Shown here piece after piece: positions 23,501-29,712 of a DNA stretch of 64,000 nucleotides; the first letter of the stretch is position 1; each line of letters opens with the position of its first letter. The stretch is from a virus (Duplodnaviria; Caudoviricetes): the IMG/VR virus record IMGVR_UViG_3300028412_000003, one strand, 5' to 3'. The notes beneath the pieces were generated by a model that was not told where the DNA came from, ran no database searches, and saw only the letters and a list, made by a program, of their open reading frames with translations. Both the position numbers and the translations under genes were made by a program.

Positions 23501-23641
23501 GAAGATCCATTAGAAAATTCAAACATTGTTGTAGTACGAAAAATAGGAAAAACTTGGACAGACCAAGGAATATCCATTCGTTATGCAGATAATGACATAT
23601 CACGCTTTATCCGAGCAAGATCGGTTGAGCTACCAGAATAA
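8534..23641 (+). CDS. Giant (5035 aa) baseplate wedge/virion structural protein with FG-GAP-like, CBM5/12-like and Ig-like repeats
   Basis: Single uninterrupted 15.1-kb ORF directly after gp6 (the gp7 position in T4-like order). N-terminal LPRFFRT..NEKFL.ATLDQ; repeated F[GA]..V..S.....L.VG.P motifs; repeated W...Y..G..V.Y motifs; repeated GDG.T..F.L motifs near the C-terminus. Confidence 0.75.
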   Translation: MAYDNNQNEYPINPEKPDRSVKSTQFLPRFFRTPTNEKFLNATLDQMIQPGVAEKLSGYFGRRVSKARKKDDSYVGAVTSQRENYQLEPATVIKDDLSNVLFYKDYQDFINQTTAFKGNTSNHNILNAQEYYAWNPNIDWDKIANFREYYWLPNGPQPVPVRGNAKEVQSTLTVELAEQGDSLAYLFTPNGFTPNKTLKLFRGQTYRFQINTPNHPIAFATSRSFTPGEAILVATTEGIKASGLYDNAPYDGEQYDVGPFVVDPNPGGVTPGEAINRSQIYNDGVTRYNEEFEEVAVVYVEEGFIEFKVPENAPDKLYYISKNDVNVSGFIKIYDIEENTEINVEEEIIGKRAYKTSTGYDISNGMKIYFQGDVTPEIYSTGEWYVEGVGSEIKLINSNDLEIPAAYSTNLEIPFDTDGFDTLPYANSSSFAGTKDYIVINRASLDRNAWTRYNRWFHRGVIETSAIINGTEVEVDQAQRAKRPIIEFEAGLKLYNFGSASKTDIALIDNFTTDVFSTIEGSIGYNVDGIDLTEGQRILFTADPDSFVANKIYEVTFVTFENRRQIALRETIDTQPLLNETVLVQQGVENAGQIYFYNGSSWIRGQEKTEINQEPKFDLFDKNGISYADQTVYDATNFRGNSIFSYRRGTGIVDTELGFALSYRAFENVGDIVFDFNLLNESYTYAQSNTQIMIDSKIAYLQKYSQREEFSYKNGWTKGRRNSRQKVTRQFFGEDIVNDFPVDVYNRSGELNDLRVWVYVNNNLKFFEIDYEINRINGIAYVRFFTDLVPGDRILIKSNSLTPKNDNGYYEIPTNLERNPLNNNILSFTLGEVNDHVTTIVEEAFEFNGNFPGNSNLRDLGEIDQYGTKIVKHSGPFNLANFHITDKENNIVKALRFNRKEYAKFKRLFFQTAFNLGFDGTIKEHVDRILGEMNKAKTNTMPFYFSDMLPSGPSKKLEYTVVDTRNEFFALTQPFTLGELSPIAVLVYKNESQLIHGKDYTFNDNGFCIITADKEIDDIIEIYEYETTDGCFIPPTPTKLGLYQAYRPAIINDTTYRTPTVMIQGHDGSLTRAYDDYRDDLLLELETRIYNNLKQPYRTDILDIKDFVGGEFRSTNYTRDSINDSMIYDFTQWLSVVGSVDYTNNNFYVNGDTFTYNYKFMSSPSGKPLPGFWRAVYKEAYDTDRPHTNPWEMLGFTVMPDWWTDKYGPAPYTRDNLILWNDLEQGAIKEPGTNPQYLTKYARPGLTTHIPVDSQGNLLSPLDSNYAKGYISNLTVREFAFGDEAPVETAWRKSSEYPFSLITSWLLNQPSKVMGIGFDISRIERDLAGHLVYTESQEQIRTADLIFPNTIMGNTRINTAGLVNFMYNYLASSVLLSYENYKDRLTSITTQLGAKIGGFTDKDKFELILDSRTPFNKSNVLIPKENYNIFLNTSSPVEVINYSGVIIERLTGGYAIRGYDRNSPGFSYFRAHELNNDTLINIGGVSQSFVNWDVNNRYLVGQVVQYQSKFYRTKTAHVSESSFDIEKFAVLPRLPIDGGRDVYIRKSFDKRRVLEIPYGFVFKTIQEVADFIFGYQAYLIDKGFIFDYFDKDAGVVEDWVQSIKEFAFWTTQNWQENSSITLSPGAAQIKFKSEFSVVDNLFDNFYDYSLFKADGQKLKEDFTSRVRNNENDFIVSPRETADGIYNIKLPLVQKEHVLLLDNRTVFNDILYDLEPGYRQERIRVVGYRSDNWTGGLNIPGFIYDSATVTEWETNKDYSIGDLVKYKEFYYVSNNKISGTDKFSTKDWTRLGERPEPKLRTNFDFKISEFSDFYSLDTDNFDGEQQRMAQHLIGYQDRDYLKNIINDDISQYKFYQGYIADKGTKNSLTKLFDALASADKESLEFYEEWGVRVGQIGAVEKFSEIEYALDETKFFLTPQPIELTNTIDTNDTRLIYKIRESETYLKNLNYDHTPFPTVANFTEFLKTAGYIHTDDVVQSLIDYKSILNLDFSDLTEGDYVWVGKENNTWNVYRFSSSNYQIEKITDSYTIRQNDSTASNITDGTVIVLNDSPDFEPGEIIGIFDVNEGEGFYEILDVRANVLVLATEGLGTEEISKGRIARFKSKRFSNLQLANQTIQDLGLKNGEIIWIDNGLNSNWSVFKKDTIYAQQTQILNPDAFDSNDDQFATSVSASSTNNELVVGSPGTLDGKVHVYSRSADLNNLVFRNSITPPENIMDIGGRFGTSVALSEDGKYLIIGSPEASNVKTRYKGEYSTVIDYEKNAVVRYLDSLWKARLRILGATDNIEFSTFDSYSQIAERSDSSLIKLLTLGNYNLEETNVDHILVRAPADIYAGVAVGDDIVLKWNSYTQENGDQSTAVEPFDGNIIGIDADYISDRHTIEEKIEHIIYVNRWSALPEIGEQISSDSASGIVTYFDNSDASLIIYIKNLNGTFDSSGDIYDSENTLIGSYVIPDYDAGTGLGGYLQISAPSYVNSVVDDVYTDEGRGLIIQDVLRATEAEYTDPLRPNFYYNVTEILQDLGTIANQNEEISYLSVLSYRGDPYALIESDQLDDRWVVRAPKAFTDTITNTSLLAGTGNGDKFRFYPNTEIPLTNLGLGNVDFDVELEVKDLWDGYIDFEFTEFQIADEEPDGVVGDPFEPVVGDVISDNTTGATAEVVFYKRNFNDVRVYVKNVTGTWRLGSLWGESGNVSRQGSPVRTIGAIRQVSLGTSEVGKLIVIEENDLLQIPNLQSISSQEYWFYTEDFNISGIPRDANLPSSNNRDWIQVYNIEATEFGTESGYTNQGMYSVYERRVRGSYEYVNSFVVPEAENDRRLGAQVKVSKQNDLYTFYISSSGNGTVNLPGTINMVLHGNRNGITYVWERAKDRNYRGIFQDNVFYKENEIVRVGTKTYHSITNLAPGVFDEEDWIESSSDVSYTGYIPINAEDNINDDIFSPGNPDSSVPGILQFAYDFDISDNGQILAVSSKLTGNDSTKQSTIEIYRRENDHFSLSQVIQAPEDFTGYGESIALSNNGNFLAVGEPYNDSRRVDQGRVHIYKQTAGTFVSNQILKSTSNEKAEKFGYKLSFDDNQLVITSLNGDIKAKTTFDGDSTYFDQRLTRFVNIDFNTGLVQLYEKINDTLVYADAFSFKDIDTDLTFFGENVLVKNNHVYIGIPRARLQDDLYEGLLLDYRKPKNTNTWSLHREPIDPVNINDIKTAFVYNKRTNQYESNVDFIDPIQGKIAGIADQDITYKTYYDPAIYNIGDEEVIVDETEHWAERYVGRVWWDLTNALFINPYQGDIIYQTNSWNKLFPGASIDVYEWVETTLLPSEWDSLSDTDEGLANNISGTTKYGDAAYTTKQKYDSIAQSFESRYYYWVKNKVTVPNVEFRTISINDITNLIANPFRQQYRFASLLSENRFSLNNLDRFLEDKNLIISFQFWELNNRDMNIHNEYQLITDGLGTSKPKRDIETKWFDSLVGKDRFFQEVPNIELSPKIRYGNLNRPRQSWFINRKEALKQVVERTNAVLLENLIVDDFDLSALEDQDPAPSIVTNLFDNIVDNFAQLQFVGTSRFSRAILTPVIEDGKITRIDIAEQGRGYLRIPTFQIIGKGQDADFEITLDGIGRISGVTVTNEGFGYDSTTSIIVRPFSILVENDEFINNKWSIYSWNQTLREWERRRTQDYDVTSYWEYSDWYATGYNTFSQVDYTIDEAYELTALNDIIGNVTKIRNIGSGGWLLLLKVDDQDTIDYTVNYETIGRENGTIQFSSSLYDPAAGQTGFDVNNYDITLYDSEPAIEIRKILEIIRDDLFVDQLEVEYNKLFFASLRYVFTEQGYVDWAFKTSFVKATHNVGTLQQKTTYQNDNLPSYEDYIFEVKPYKTKIREYLSTYDSKDDTHSVVTDFDLPPSYNEDRKKILPESVKIRDGVLTGVTNKTQSYPWKHWLDNYAYSVTEIRISNGGTGYTERPVVRLIGGGGTGATARANIGSGSVNSITVLTSGSNYTSAPKVEIERPQIEGSVPARASAIIGDSPVRSSHIAVKFDRVNGSYYILNIDESESFNGTASRTNFNLKWPMDLRTNTVSITINGQEVLRSEYEFSNLLDESKGYDRYKGQIRFTNPPSNGAAIVINYKKNALMLTAQDRINFYYNPTSGQFGKDLGQLMDGIDYGGVEVRSFGFSGGGGWDTEPWYTGTWDTYDTTFEDEIFTLDGSTIVLELAQPLENGVEYNIYKNGIRLDDPSDSTPSNPNAVTQPIQGDGVTDVINLQNINIDAGDGDVIIVRKSTSDGSFLPDPDSYDTLLQGGDMAYQTAKGIAADQIVVDGDGFVTPTTSKGPEELIPGQVLDTLDIQVYDRVGNGGSRIYSANYITDGITETYPLVERPNSQDAIFVKISNQIVNSYSVDWETNELTFNAIPVANQELNIVVVGESGTSVLDAITLTGNGSTSTFSTAARYSDGNITANVMVNGVPTEVTLTKNVRENEISLIADGSTVNFELPYYPSIDSVITVDGIEQLPQFYQYQILTDEFGDNQYVLSFLDNIPLSGSSVIIYDNIGNTDIEFAVPPAEGATIRVIVYDSPTTVSSVVELEQLIGDGSTEQFELSNAPFSQDPTRYRTLVEVDGQMLSAGYTQEFNVTTAREYIIETWQIPRGTIATDNLRVFLNGEELEQTISWRWDTFNSSVLLFTDIGTVNDKLLVYIIDDGEYTIEGSTLTFDTAPAIDATIKVWQFSNHDVQDINRKTYDIVAREAIIVGTEAYSTYNQLSNGIIKLKSPAQDAQYVWVSINGETLSPSVDYYVTDDLNSFRIVRELAEGDVVDYIHFTADKKTDTFGFRQFKDMLNRTHYKRLDETMTYILASDLNWWDLRIEVTDGTTLPEPNKEKNIPGVVFLDGERIEYFVKQDNTLRQLRRGTLGTGVKDLYVAGTKVYEQGPGQTIPYKDQTRTQVFQSDGTTNLYTLDFVASNVDEIEVFVGGRRLRKTEIQSFDKTIDQDSPEADITLPVEFSVDGTTLTLTEDPLENSNIVVVRKIGKTWTDQGISIRYADNDISRFIRARSVELPE

Positions 23642-23645
23642 ATAC
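23637..23645 (+). promoter_or_regulatory. Late-promoter-like element (AATAAATAC)
   Basis: Overlaps the stop codon of the giant gene, upstream of 23663. Confidence 0.5.
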
Positions 23646-23662
23646 AATTGAAGGTAGAATAA

Positions 23663-24271
23663 ATGACATCATTTTTAGACAAACCAGGAGTGTTAATACA
23701 AGGACACATTCATATTTTTAACCCAGAATCTGGCGAAACAATAGTGAATAAAAGAAACGCCATACATTACGAAAACATGTCAATTTCATTAGCAGAGAGT
23801 CTTGCTAATGCAGGACAAGGTTTTATATATGAAATGACTTTTGGCAATGGAGGAACAAGTGTCGATCCAACTGGAATCATAACTTATCTAACTCCAAATA
23901 GTACAGGAACTAATGCTAGTTTGTACAATGAAACTTTTACAAAGATAGTAGATGATAGAAGTGTGAACAATTTAGATCCAGTTCGAAATAAGACAGAAAC
24001 ACGTCATGTAAGCGGAACAAATTATACAGATATATTGATAACATGTTTACTTGATTATGGGGAGCCTAATGGACAAGATGCGTTTGATACAGCAACAGAA
24101 TCTAACAGTCTTTATGTTTTTGATGAATTAGGACTGAGGGCATATTCAACGTCTGGCACCGGTCGTTTGATCACTCATGTTATATTTCATCCGGTTCAAA
24201 AAAGTTTAAACAGACTTATACAAGTTGATTACACTGTAAGAGTACAAAGTTTGACGGGGTTTAATGAATAA
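23663..24271 (+). CDS. Baseplate/tail-fibre attachment structural protein (putative)
   Basis: 202-aa ORF between the giant wedge protein and the fibre genes, behind a TAAATA element. FDELGL...L.THVIFHPVQKSLNR.I...Y.+R resembles tail-collar-fibre attachment proteins. Function inferred from context. Confidence 0.45.
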   Translation: MTSFLDKPGVLIQGHIHIFNPESGETIVNKRNAIHYENMSISLAESLANAGQGFIYEMTFGNGGTSVDPTGIITYLTPNSTGTNASLYNETFTKIVDDRSVNNLDPVRNKTETRHVSGTNYTDILITCLLDYGEPNGQDAFDTATESNSLYVFDELGLRAYSTSGTGRLITHVIFHPVQKSLNRLIQVDYTVRVQSLTGFNE

Positions 24272-26358
24272 TGGCATATGAAATTGAATTTACAGATGTA
24301 GCCAACAAAGGTACAATTTCGATTGAAGACAATACAATCAATCAAGAACTTAGTATTGGTTTAGTTGGAAGAAGAAATACCAGCTTCGGCGCAGTCATTG
24401 CAGAAAATTCTCTTCAAATGTTAGAACATTTTGCATCCGATGAATCACCTAATAATCCTATTGAGGGACAACTTTGGTATGACACAAGTATTGGATCCGA
24501 ACAACTTAAAGTTTATAATGGAACTAATTGGGTTGGTGCAGGTGGACTTAAAAAAGCAACGACTGAACCCGATGTAAGTTCTTCGGTTGCAGGAGATTTA
24601 TGGGCAGATACAGATAACCAACAGCTTTATTTGTTTACTGGATCTGGCTGGTTATTAGTTGGTCCTCAATTTTCCGAAGGATTAACGACAGGGGCTAATC
24701 CAACAACTTTAACTGATACAGGTAATATTAATCATACAGTAATTGAGATTATAGTTGATGCTCAAACAGTTGGAATTATAGCAACCGATCAGTTTATTCC
24801 AAAAACGGCTATAGCTGGATTTAGTACAATTAAACCAGGTATCAATCTTTCTAATTTAGACGTAACAGGAGATGGGGTAACTAAGTTTCGAGGAACAGCT
24901 GAACAAGCAGAAAATTTGGTAATTGTTAATGAAACGATTGCAGCTTCAAATTTCTTAAGAAGTGATGTAGTTTCAACTACAAATAACACTTTTAGAATTA
25001 AAACAAACAGCGGATTAGTACTTGGTTCTTCTTTGCCTCTTAGCATAAGTATTGAAGGAGAAGCGGCAGTACTTACTCATAATACAACCGGTTCAAATAT
25101 TGATTTTCGTATTAATGATAATGGTACAGTTAAGACTGCAATTAGAATTAATTCAGACACAACGGTTGGTATTAACAATTCAAATCCTGAAGAATCATTA
25201 GACGTAGTTGGAAACATACAAACCGATTCATCTATAATTGTAAACGGAATTACTCAAAGTTCTACATTTGGAACCGGCGCAATTGTTACAAGAGGTGGGG
25301 CCGGCATTGCTAAAAACTTAAATGTAGGGGGAACATCTAGATTAATTGGTACTACTACTTTAGCAGACGCAATACCAGATACAGTAACAACTTCTACAAA
25401 TAGAGATTTAGGTTCAACATCTGCAAAATGGAATAACGTTTATGCGAATAATTTTCGTGGTAACTTAGTTGGAAACGTAACCGGTACAGTTTCAGGCAGA
25501 TCAGGGTCTGCAGATAAATTAACTTCATCTACTAATTTTAGATTGTCAGGTGATGTTAGTGCTCCGGAATTTATATTTGATGGCCAGACCGGCGGAACCA
25601 CTAAAACCTTTACTACAACCATAAGTAATACCTTTATATCAAATAAAACAGGAGTAACATCTTCGTTAATCGATGACGAAATATTAATTAATCGCGTATC
25701 TGGAACAACAGGATTATTTCGAATAAGTAGAGCTAATTTGTTTTCTTCTATTCCAACTAATCCCCCGGGAATGATTGTTCCTTATGGTGGAGCAACAGCT
25801 CCACCGGGTTGGTTCTTATGTGACGGAGCAGAATACAGCCAGGTTACATATTCTAATCTATTTAACGTTATCGCTTTTAATTTTAAAGATCCTCTATTAA
25901 TATCAGATGGCGGAGTAACATTATTTGGCATACCAGATTTACGTGGAAGATTTCCATTAGGTCTTGATGATATGGGAACAGATGAAGGTGCAGCTAACAG
26001 AAATACTTCAAATGCAGCAGACTCAATAGGAGCAAGCGAAGGAAATGAATCAAAAGATATTACCACTGCTAATTTACCAGAACATGAACACGATCTACGA
26101 GCTCCAAACGGAGATCAATTTTATGCTATAGCAGATATTGCAATAAGTGGTAGTTCGGATCCAACTGCTATATCGTATGATGCTCCAACCGGTACTAGTG
26201 CAGGTTCGTCTATTGCAACTTCTGGAGGAATTCTAGAAGGAGGATTAACAGGTAACAGTGATTACCGTTCAGTTGATGGAGAATCACTTGGATCAAAACT
26301 TGATGTTATGAACCCGTACCAAACAGTTAATTATATCATCTATCATGGGGTAACATAA
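24271..26358 (+). CDS. Tail fibre protein with phage tail-collar domain (short-fibre-like)
   Basis: PPGMIVPYGGATAPPGWFLCDG.EYS...Y.NLF.VI and F.IPDLRGRFPLG, followed by NLPEH.H and NPYQTVNYII, the typical collar/receptor-binding C-terminus. Confidence 0.85.
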   Translation: MAYEIEFTDVANKGTISIEDNTINQELSIGLVGRRNTSFGAVIAENSLQMLEHFASDESPNNPIEGQLWYDTSIGSEQLKVYNGTNWVGAGGLKKATTEPDVSSSVAGDLWADTDNQQLYLFTGSGWLLVGPQFSEGLTTGANPTTLTDTGNINHTVIEIIVDAQTVGIIATDQFIPKTAIAGFSTIKPGINLSNLDVTGDGVTKFRGTAEQAENLVIVNETIAASNFLRSDVVSTTNNTFRIKTNSGLVLGSSLPLSISIEGEAAVLTHNTTGSNIDFRINDNGTVKTAIRINSDTTVGINNSNPEESLDVVGNIQTDSSIIVNGITQSSTFGTGAIVTRGGAGIAKNLNVGGTSRLIGTTTLADAIPDTVTTSTNRDLGSTSAKWNNVYANNFRGNLVGNVTGTVSGRSGSADKLTSSTNFRLSGDVSAPEFIFDGQTGGTTKTFTTTISNTFISNKTGVTSSLIDDEILINRVSGTTGLFRISRANLFSSIPTNPPGMIVPYGGATAPPGWFLCDGAEYSQVTYSNLFNVIAFNFKDPLLISDGGVTLFGIPDLRGRFPLGLDDMGTDEGAANRNTSNAADSIGASEGNESKDITTANLPEHEHDLRAPNGDQFYAIADIAISGSSDPTAISYDAPTGTSAGSSIATSGGILEGGLTGNSDYRSVDGESLGSKLDVMNPYQTVNYIIYHGVT

Positions 26359-28193
26359 TGAGTTATAGATTAAACAGAACAGACGGAACACTTTTAGTTG
26401 ATCTTATTGACGGAGAAATTGATACAGATTCAAGCGATTTAATATTTGTTGGAAAAAATTATAAAGGTTGGGGAGAACAATTTAATGAGAATTTTATTGC
26501 TCTACTTGAAAATTTTGCTAATTCGGCAGCACCAACCAAACCACTAGAAGGTCAGCTTTGGTATAATACTAGTTCTGGTAGACTTGAAGTTTATGATGGC
26601 GCAGGTTTTAAAGCAGCCGGTGGCCCGTCTGTTCAAAGTACCTTCCCAAATAATCCAGTAGCAGGCGACCTTTTTATTAATACGCAAGATAATCAGTTAT
26701 TTTTCTACGATGGTAATTTGTGGACATTAGTAGGACCATTGTGGACTACAGGACAAGGTAAAACAGGTTTTGAAACTTCTTCAATCCTTGATATTCTTGG
26801 ACGATCACGAGTAATATTAAGACAGTTTATCCAAGGAACTCTTGTAGGAATATGGAGTAATACTTCTTTTACACCTAGATCGGGAGCAGAGATTACAGGA
26901 ATATCATCACCTATATTAAAAGGATTTACTCCTGTAGATGAAGATACTTTTGAATTTAACGGAACAGCACTTAACTCAAGAAATTTGATAGATAATGTAG
27001 GCACGGTTCGTAATTCTTCATCATTTCTACCTGCAGATAGTGACGGTGTTACAGTTGGTACTTTAACGATACAAAACACAGGTGGCCTAACTATTGGTAC
27101 CGCACAAAATAATGTTCAAAAAATAGTAGGAACCACTGTTGTTACAGAGATGGGTCTATTAGATAATGATTATAAGATTCGGGTTCGCTCTAGTAATTTT
27201 GGATCTCTTTTGGTTGATGCAATAGTAGTTGATGCTTCGACTGGTAGAATTGGTATATTTGAATCAAATCCTGCTTACACTCTTGACGTTGATGGAGATG
27301 CAAGAATAAGTGGTAATCTAATAGTAGAAGGATCTACTACAAATATTGATGTTGCTACCCTACAAGTTCAAGATAAGAATATTGAACTTGCTATTACTTC
27401 TGATAGTACATTATTAGATGATGTAGATGTAGACGGTGGCGGCATTATATTAAGAGCGTCAGGTAGAGAAAAAACATTAACATGGAGTAATGCAAACACA
27501 GCGTGGACTTCGAGTGAAAATTTTGACTTAGATGCAAGCCGTACTTATAAAATAGACGGAACAACAGTTCTTTCTTCCACTGCTATAGGTACTGGGATTA
27601 CATCAGCAGACGGATTGACTTCGATCGGTACATTAGACGAACTTGATGTAGATAGTATTAATTTAAATGGTGTAACTATAACTTCAACTGGTTCGGGATT
27701 AAACCTTATTTCAGCTGGTACTATAACAGTTAATTCTCAAAAAATAACAGGAGTATCAACACCAACGGTTCCAACAGATGTAGTTAACAAATCTTATGCA
27801 GATTCTTTAATTTCTAGTAATCCGGTTTATCTCAGTCTTGATATTTCAGGATTGTCAAACGCACAAATTGCTACAGTTATTGAATCTCTTGTTTCAGCAT
27901 CAACTAAAACAGAAGGCACTGTAGCAAAGATAGTAACTACTTCGTTCTCAGGAACCACTGTTACTGGTATTGTAATTGACGTGGCTGTGTCACCGGCAAC
28001 TACAGAAGTGCTTGAAATTTCAAGAGTTGCAGTTGATTCAAATGGAACACAAAATGAATCCGTGATACAGGATATTGCGGCAAATAATACAGCTTCGGGT
28101 AATGTTACCCTTACTACTACTCGTGGATTAAAACAATTTACGGTAAGCAGCGGCGCATGGACTTTTGACCAAGACCTGCCAACAGGGCTGTGA
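26358..28193 (+). CDS. Tail fibre/virion structural protein (paralog of 24271 and 28227 N-termini)
   Basis: Shares VGKNY.G+GE..NENF..LLENF...P..GQ+W and GDL..T.DNQL.FY.G..W.LVGP with its neighbours; Thr/Gly/Asp-rich fibre shaft. Confidence 0.7.
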   Translation: MSYRLNRTDGTLLVDLIDGEIDTDSSDLIFVGKNYKGWGEQFNENFIALLENFANSAAPTKPLEGQLWYNTSSGRLEVYDGAGFKAAGGPSVQSTFPNNPVAGDLFINTQDNQLFFYDGNLWTLVGPLWTTGQGKTGFETSSILDILGRSRVILRQFIQGTLVGIWSNTSFTPRSGAEITGISSPILKGFTPVDEDTFEFNGTALNSRNLIDNVGTVRNSSSFLPADSDGVTVGTLTIQNTGGLTIGTAQNNVQKIVGTTVVTEMGLLDNDYKIRVRSSNFGSLLVDAIVVDASTGRIGIFESNPAYTLDVDGDARISGNLIVEGSTTNIDVATLQVQDKNIELAITSDSTLLDDVDVDGGGIILRASGREKTLTWSNANTAWTSSENFDLDASRTYKIDGTTVLSSTAIGTGITSADGLTSIGTLDELDVDSINLNGVTITSTGSGLNLISAGTITVNSQKITGVSTPTVPTDVVNKSYADSLISSNPVYLSLDISGLSNAQIATVIESLVSASTKTEGTVAKIVTTSFSGTTVTGIVIDVAVSPATTEVLEISRVAVDSNGTQNESVIQDIAANNTASGNVTLTTTRGLKQFTVSSGAWTFDQDLPTGL

Positions 28194-28194
28194 T

Positions 28195-28202
28195 GATAAA
28201 TA
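28195..28202 (+). promoter_or_regulatory. Late-promoter-like element (GATAAATA)
   Basis: In the short gap before fibre gene 28227. Confidence 0.5.
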
Positions 28203-28226
28203 TTACCAGCTAGGGGTTAAAACAAT

Positions 28227-29708
28227 ATGGCATATCAGGTTAATAGATACGATAATACACTAATTACTACGGTTGAAGATGGAACAATTGATCAAACAAC
28301 CGACATAAAGCTTGTTGGAAAGAATTATGCAGGCTATGGTGAGATACAGAATGAAAATTTCTTATTCTTACTTGAAAACTTTTCAGGAGCAAATCAGCCA
28401 CCAAGGGCAGTTTCTGGACAGGTTTGGTTTGATAGTTCAGCAAATAAACTAAAATTTTATGATGGAAATAAATTCCGTACTACTGGAGGTTCTGAAATTT
28501 CAACCTCTGAACCAACTGGATTAACAACCGGTGATTTTTGGTGGGACACAGGAAATGATCAACTTTATGTTTACAACGGAACTGCATTTGTCCTAATTGG
28601 ACCACAAACAGCAGGAGACGGCGTAACCCAAATACAATCGAGAAATATCAAAGATACACTTAATGTTAATCATTCTGTTATTGTTTCTGTTGTTGATGAT
28701 GAAGTTATCCAGGTTATTTCAGCAGACGAATTCACATCAAAACCTGGTGATCCAACAGAGATAGATGGTTTTGATGTAATTAAAAAAGGGTTAACCTTAA
28801 AGAATACAAAAGCAGCAACAAATGGTGTTACAACAACCGATCATGTATATTGGGGAACAAGCTCAAATGCACTAAGATTAGGTGGTGCATTAGCAAGTGA
28901 TTATGTTTTGGCAAATACTGCAAATTTCTCAGCAATCGTTAATTTTGCGGATTCTGGAATTACAATTGGTGATTCACAAGATCTTAAGATTGGTATTGAA
29001 AACGGAAATGAAGGTTATATATCAAATACTGTTGGTGCTTCTAACATTATCAAGCTAAAAGCCAATAATTCAGGAGGAACATTAACTCATTCATTAACAG
29101 TTACCGCAACAGGAATGAATCCTTCGGCTGATTCTACATTTAATTTAGGTACAAGTGGTATAAAGTATGCTACGGTTTATGCTGACGTATTTGATGGCGC
29201 AGCAACTCAAGCAGATACATTAAAAGAAGGTAGTAATTATCGTTCGGGTGATACTAGCGCAACAGCAAATACGGTTGCAGTTCGTACAGCATCCGGAAAT
29301 ATAGCAGCTAATCTTTTTCAGGGTGTTGCAACATCTGCTCGCTATGCAGACTTGGCAGAAAAATATCTTACAAATGGTAACCTCGAACCAGGTACAGTTG
29401 TTGAAGTTTGCTCACACAGTGATCATACAGATCATGAAGTTTGCGAAGCGTGTGGTTTGCATATGCCAGTGGGTGTTGTGTCGACAAATCCAGCAATGAT
29501 GTTGAATAGTGAGGCAGAAGGGCAATATATTGCACTTGTTGGACGTGTTCCGGTTAAAATTTCCGGCGCAGTAAACAAAGGGCAACCCATTTATGCTAGT
29601 CATTCAGGCATCGCTACAGTAAATAAAGCATCATACTTAATTGGTATTGCACTTGAGTCAAACTACGACGATGGTGTTAAATTAGTTGAGTGTGTATTAA
29701 AGGTATAA
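28227..29708 (+). CDS. Tail fibre/spike with C-terminal Peptidase_G2-like intramolecular chaperone domain
   Basis: ATSARYADLAEKY...PGTVV...GVVST.PA..LN....IALVGRVPVK+.G.V.KG..+....G.A...IG.ALE pattern of autocleaving chaperone domains. Confidence 0.75.
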   Translation: MAYQVNRYDNTLITTVEDGTIDQTTDIKLVGKNYAGYGEIQNENFLFLLENFSGANQPPRAVSGQVWFDSSANKLKFYDGNKFRTTGGSEISTSEPTGLTTGDFWWDTGNDQLYVYNGTAFVLIGPQTAGDGVTQIQSRNIKDTLNVNHSVIVSVVDDEVIQVISADEFTSKPGDPTEIDGFDVIKKGLTLKNTKAATNGVTTTDHVYWGTSSNALRLGGALASDYVLANTANFSAIVNFADSGITIGDSQDLKIGIENGNEGYISNTVGASNIIKLKANNSGGTLTHSLTVTATGMNPSADSTFNLGTSGIKYATVYADVFDGAATQADTLKEGSNYRSGDTSATANTVAVRTASGNIAANLFQGVATSARYADLAEKYLTNGNLEPGTVVEVCSHSDHTDHEVCEACGLHMPVGVVSTNPAMMLNSEAEGQYIALVGRVPVKISGAVNKGQPIYASHSGIATVNKASYLIGIALESNYDDGVKLVECVLKV

Positions 29709-29712
29709 AAAA

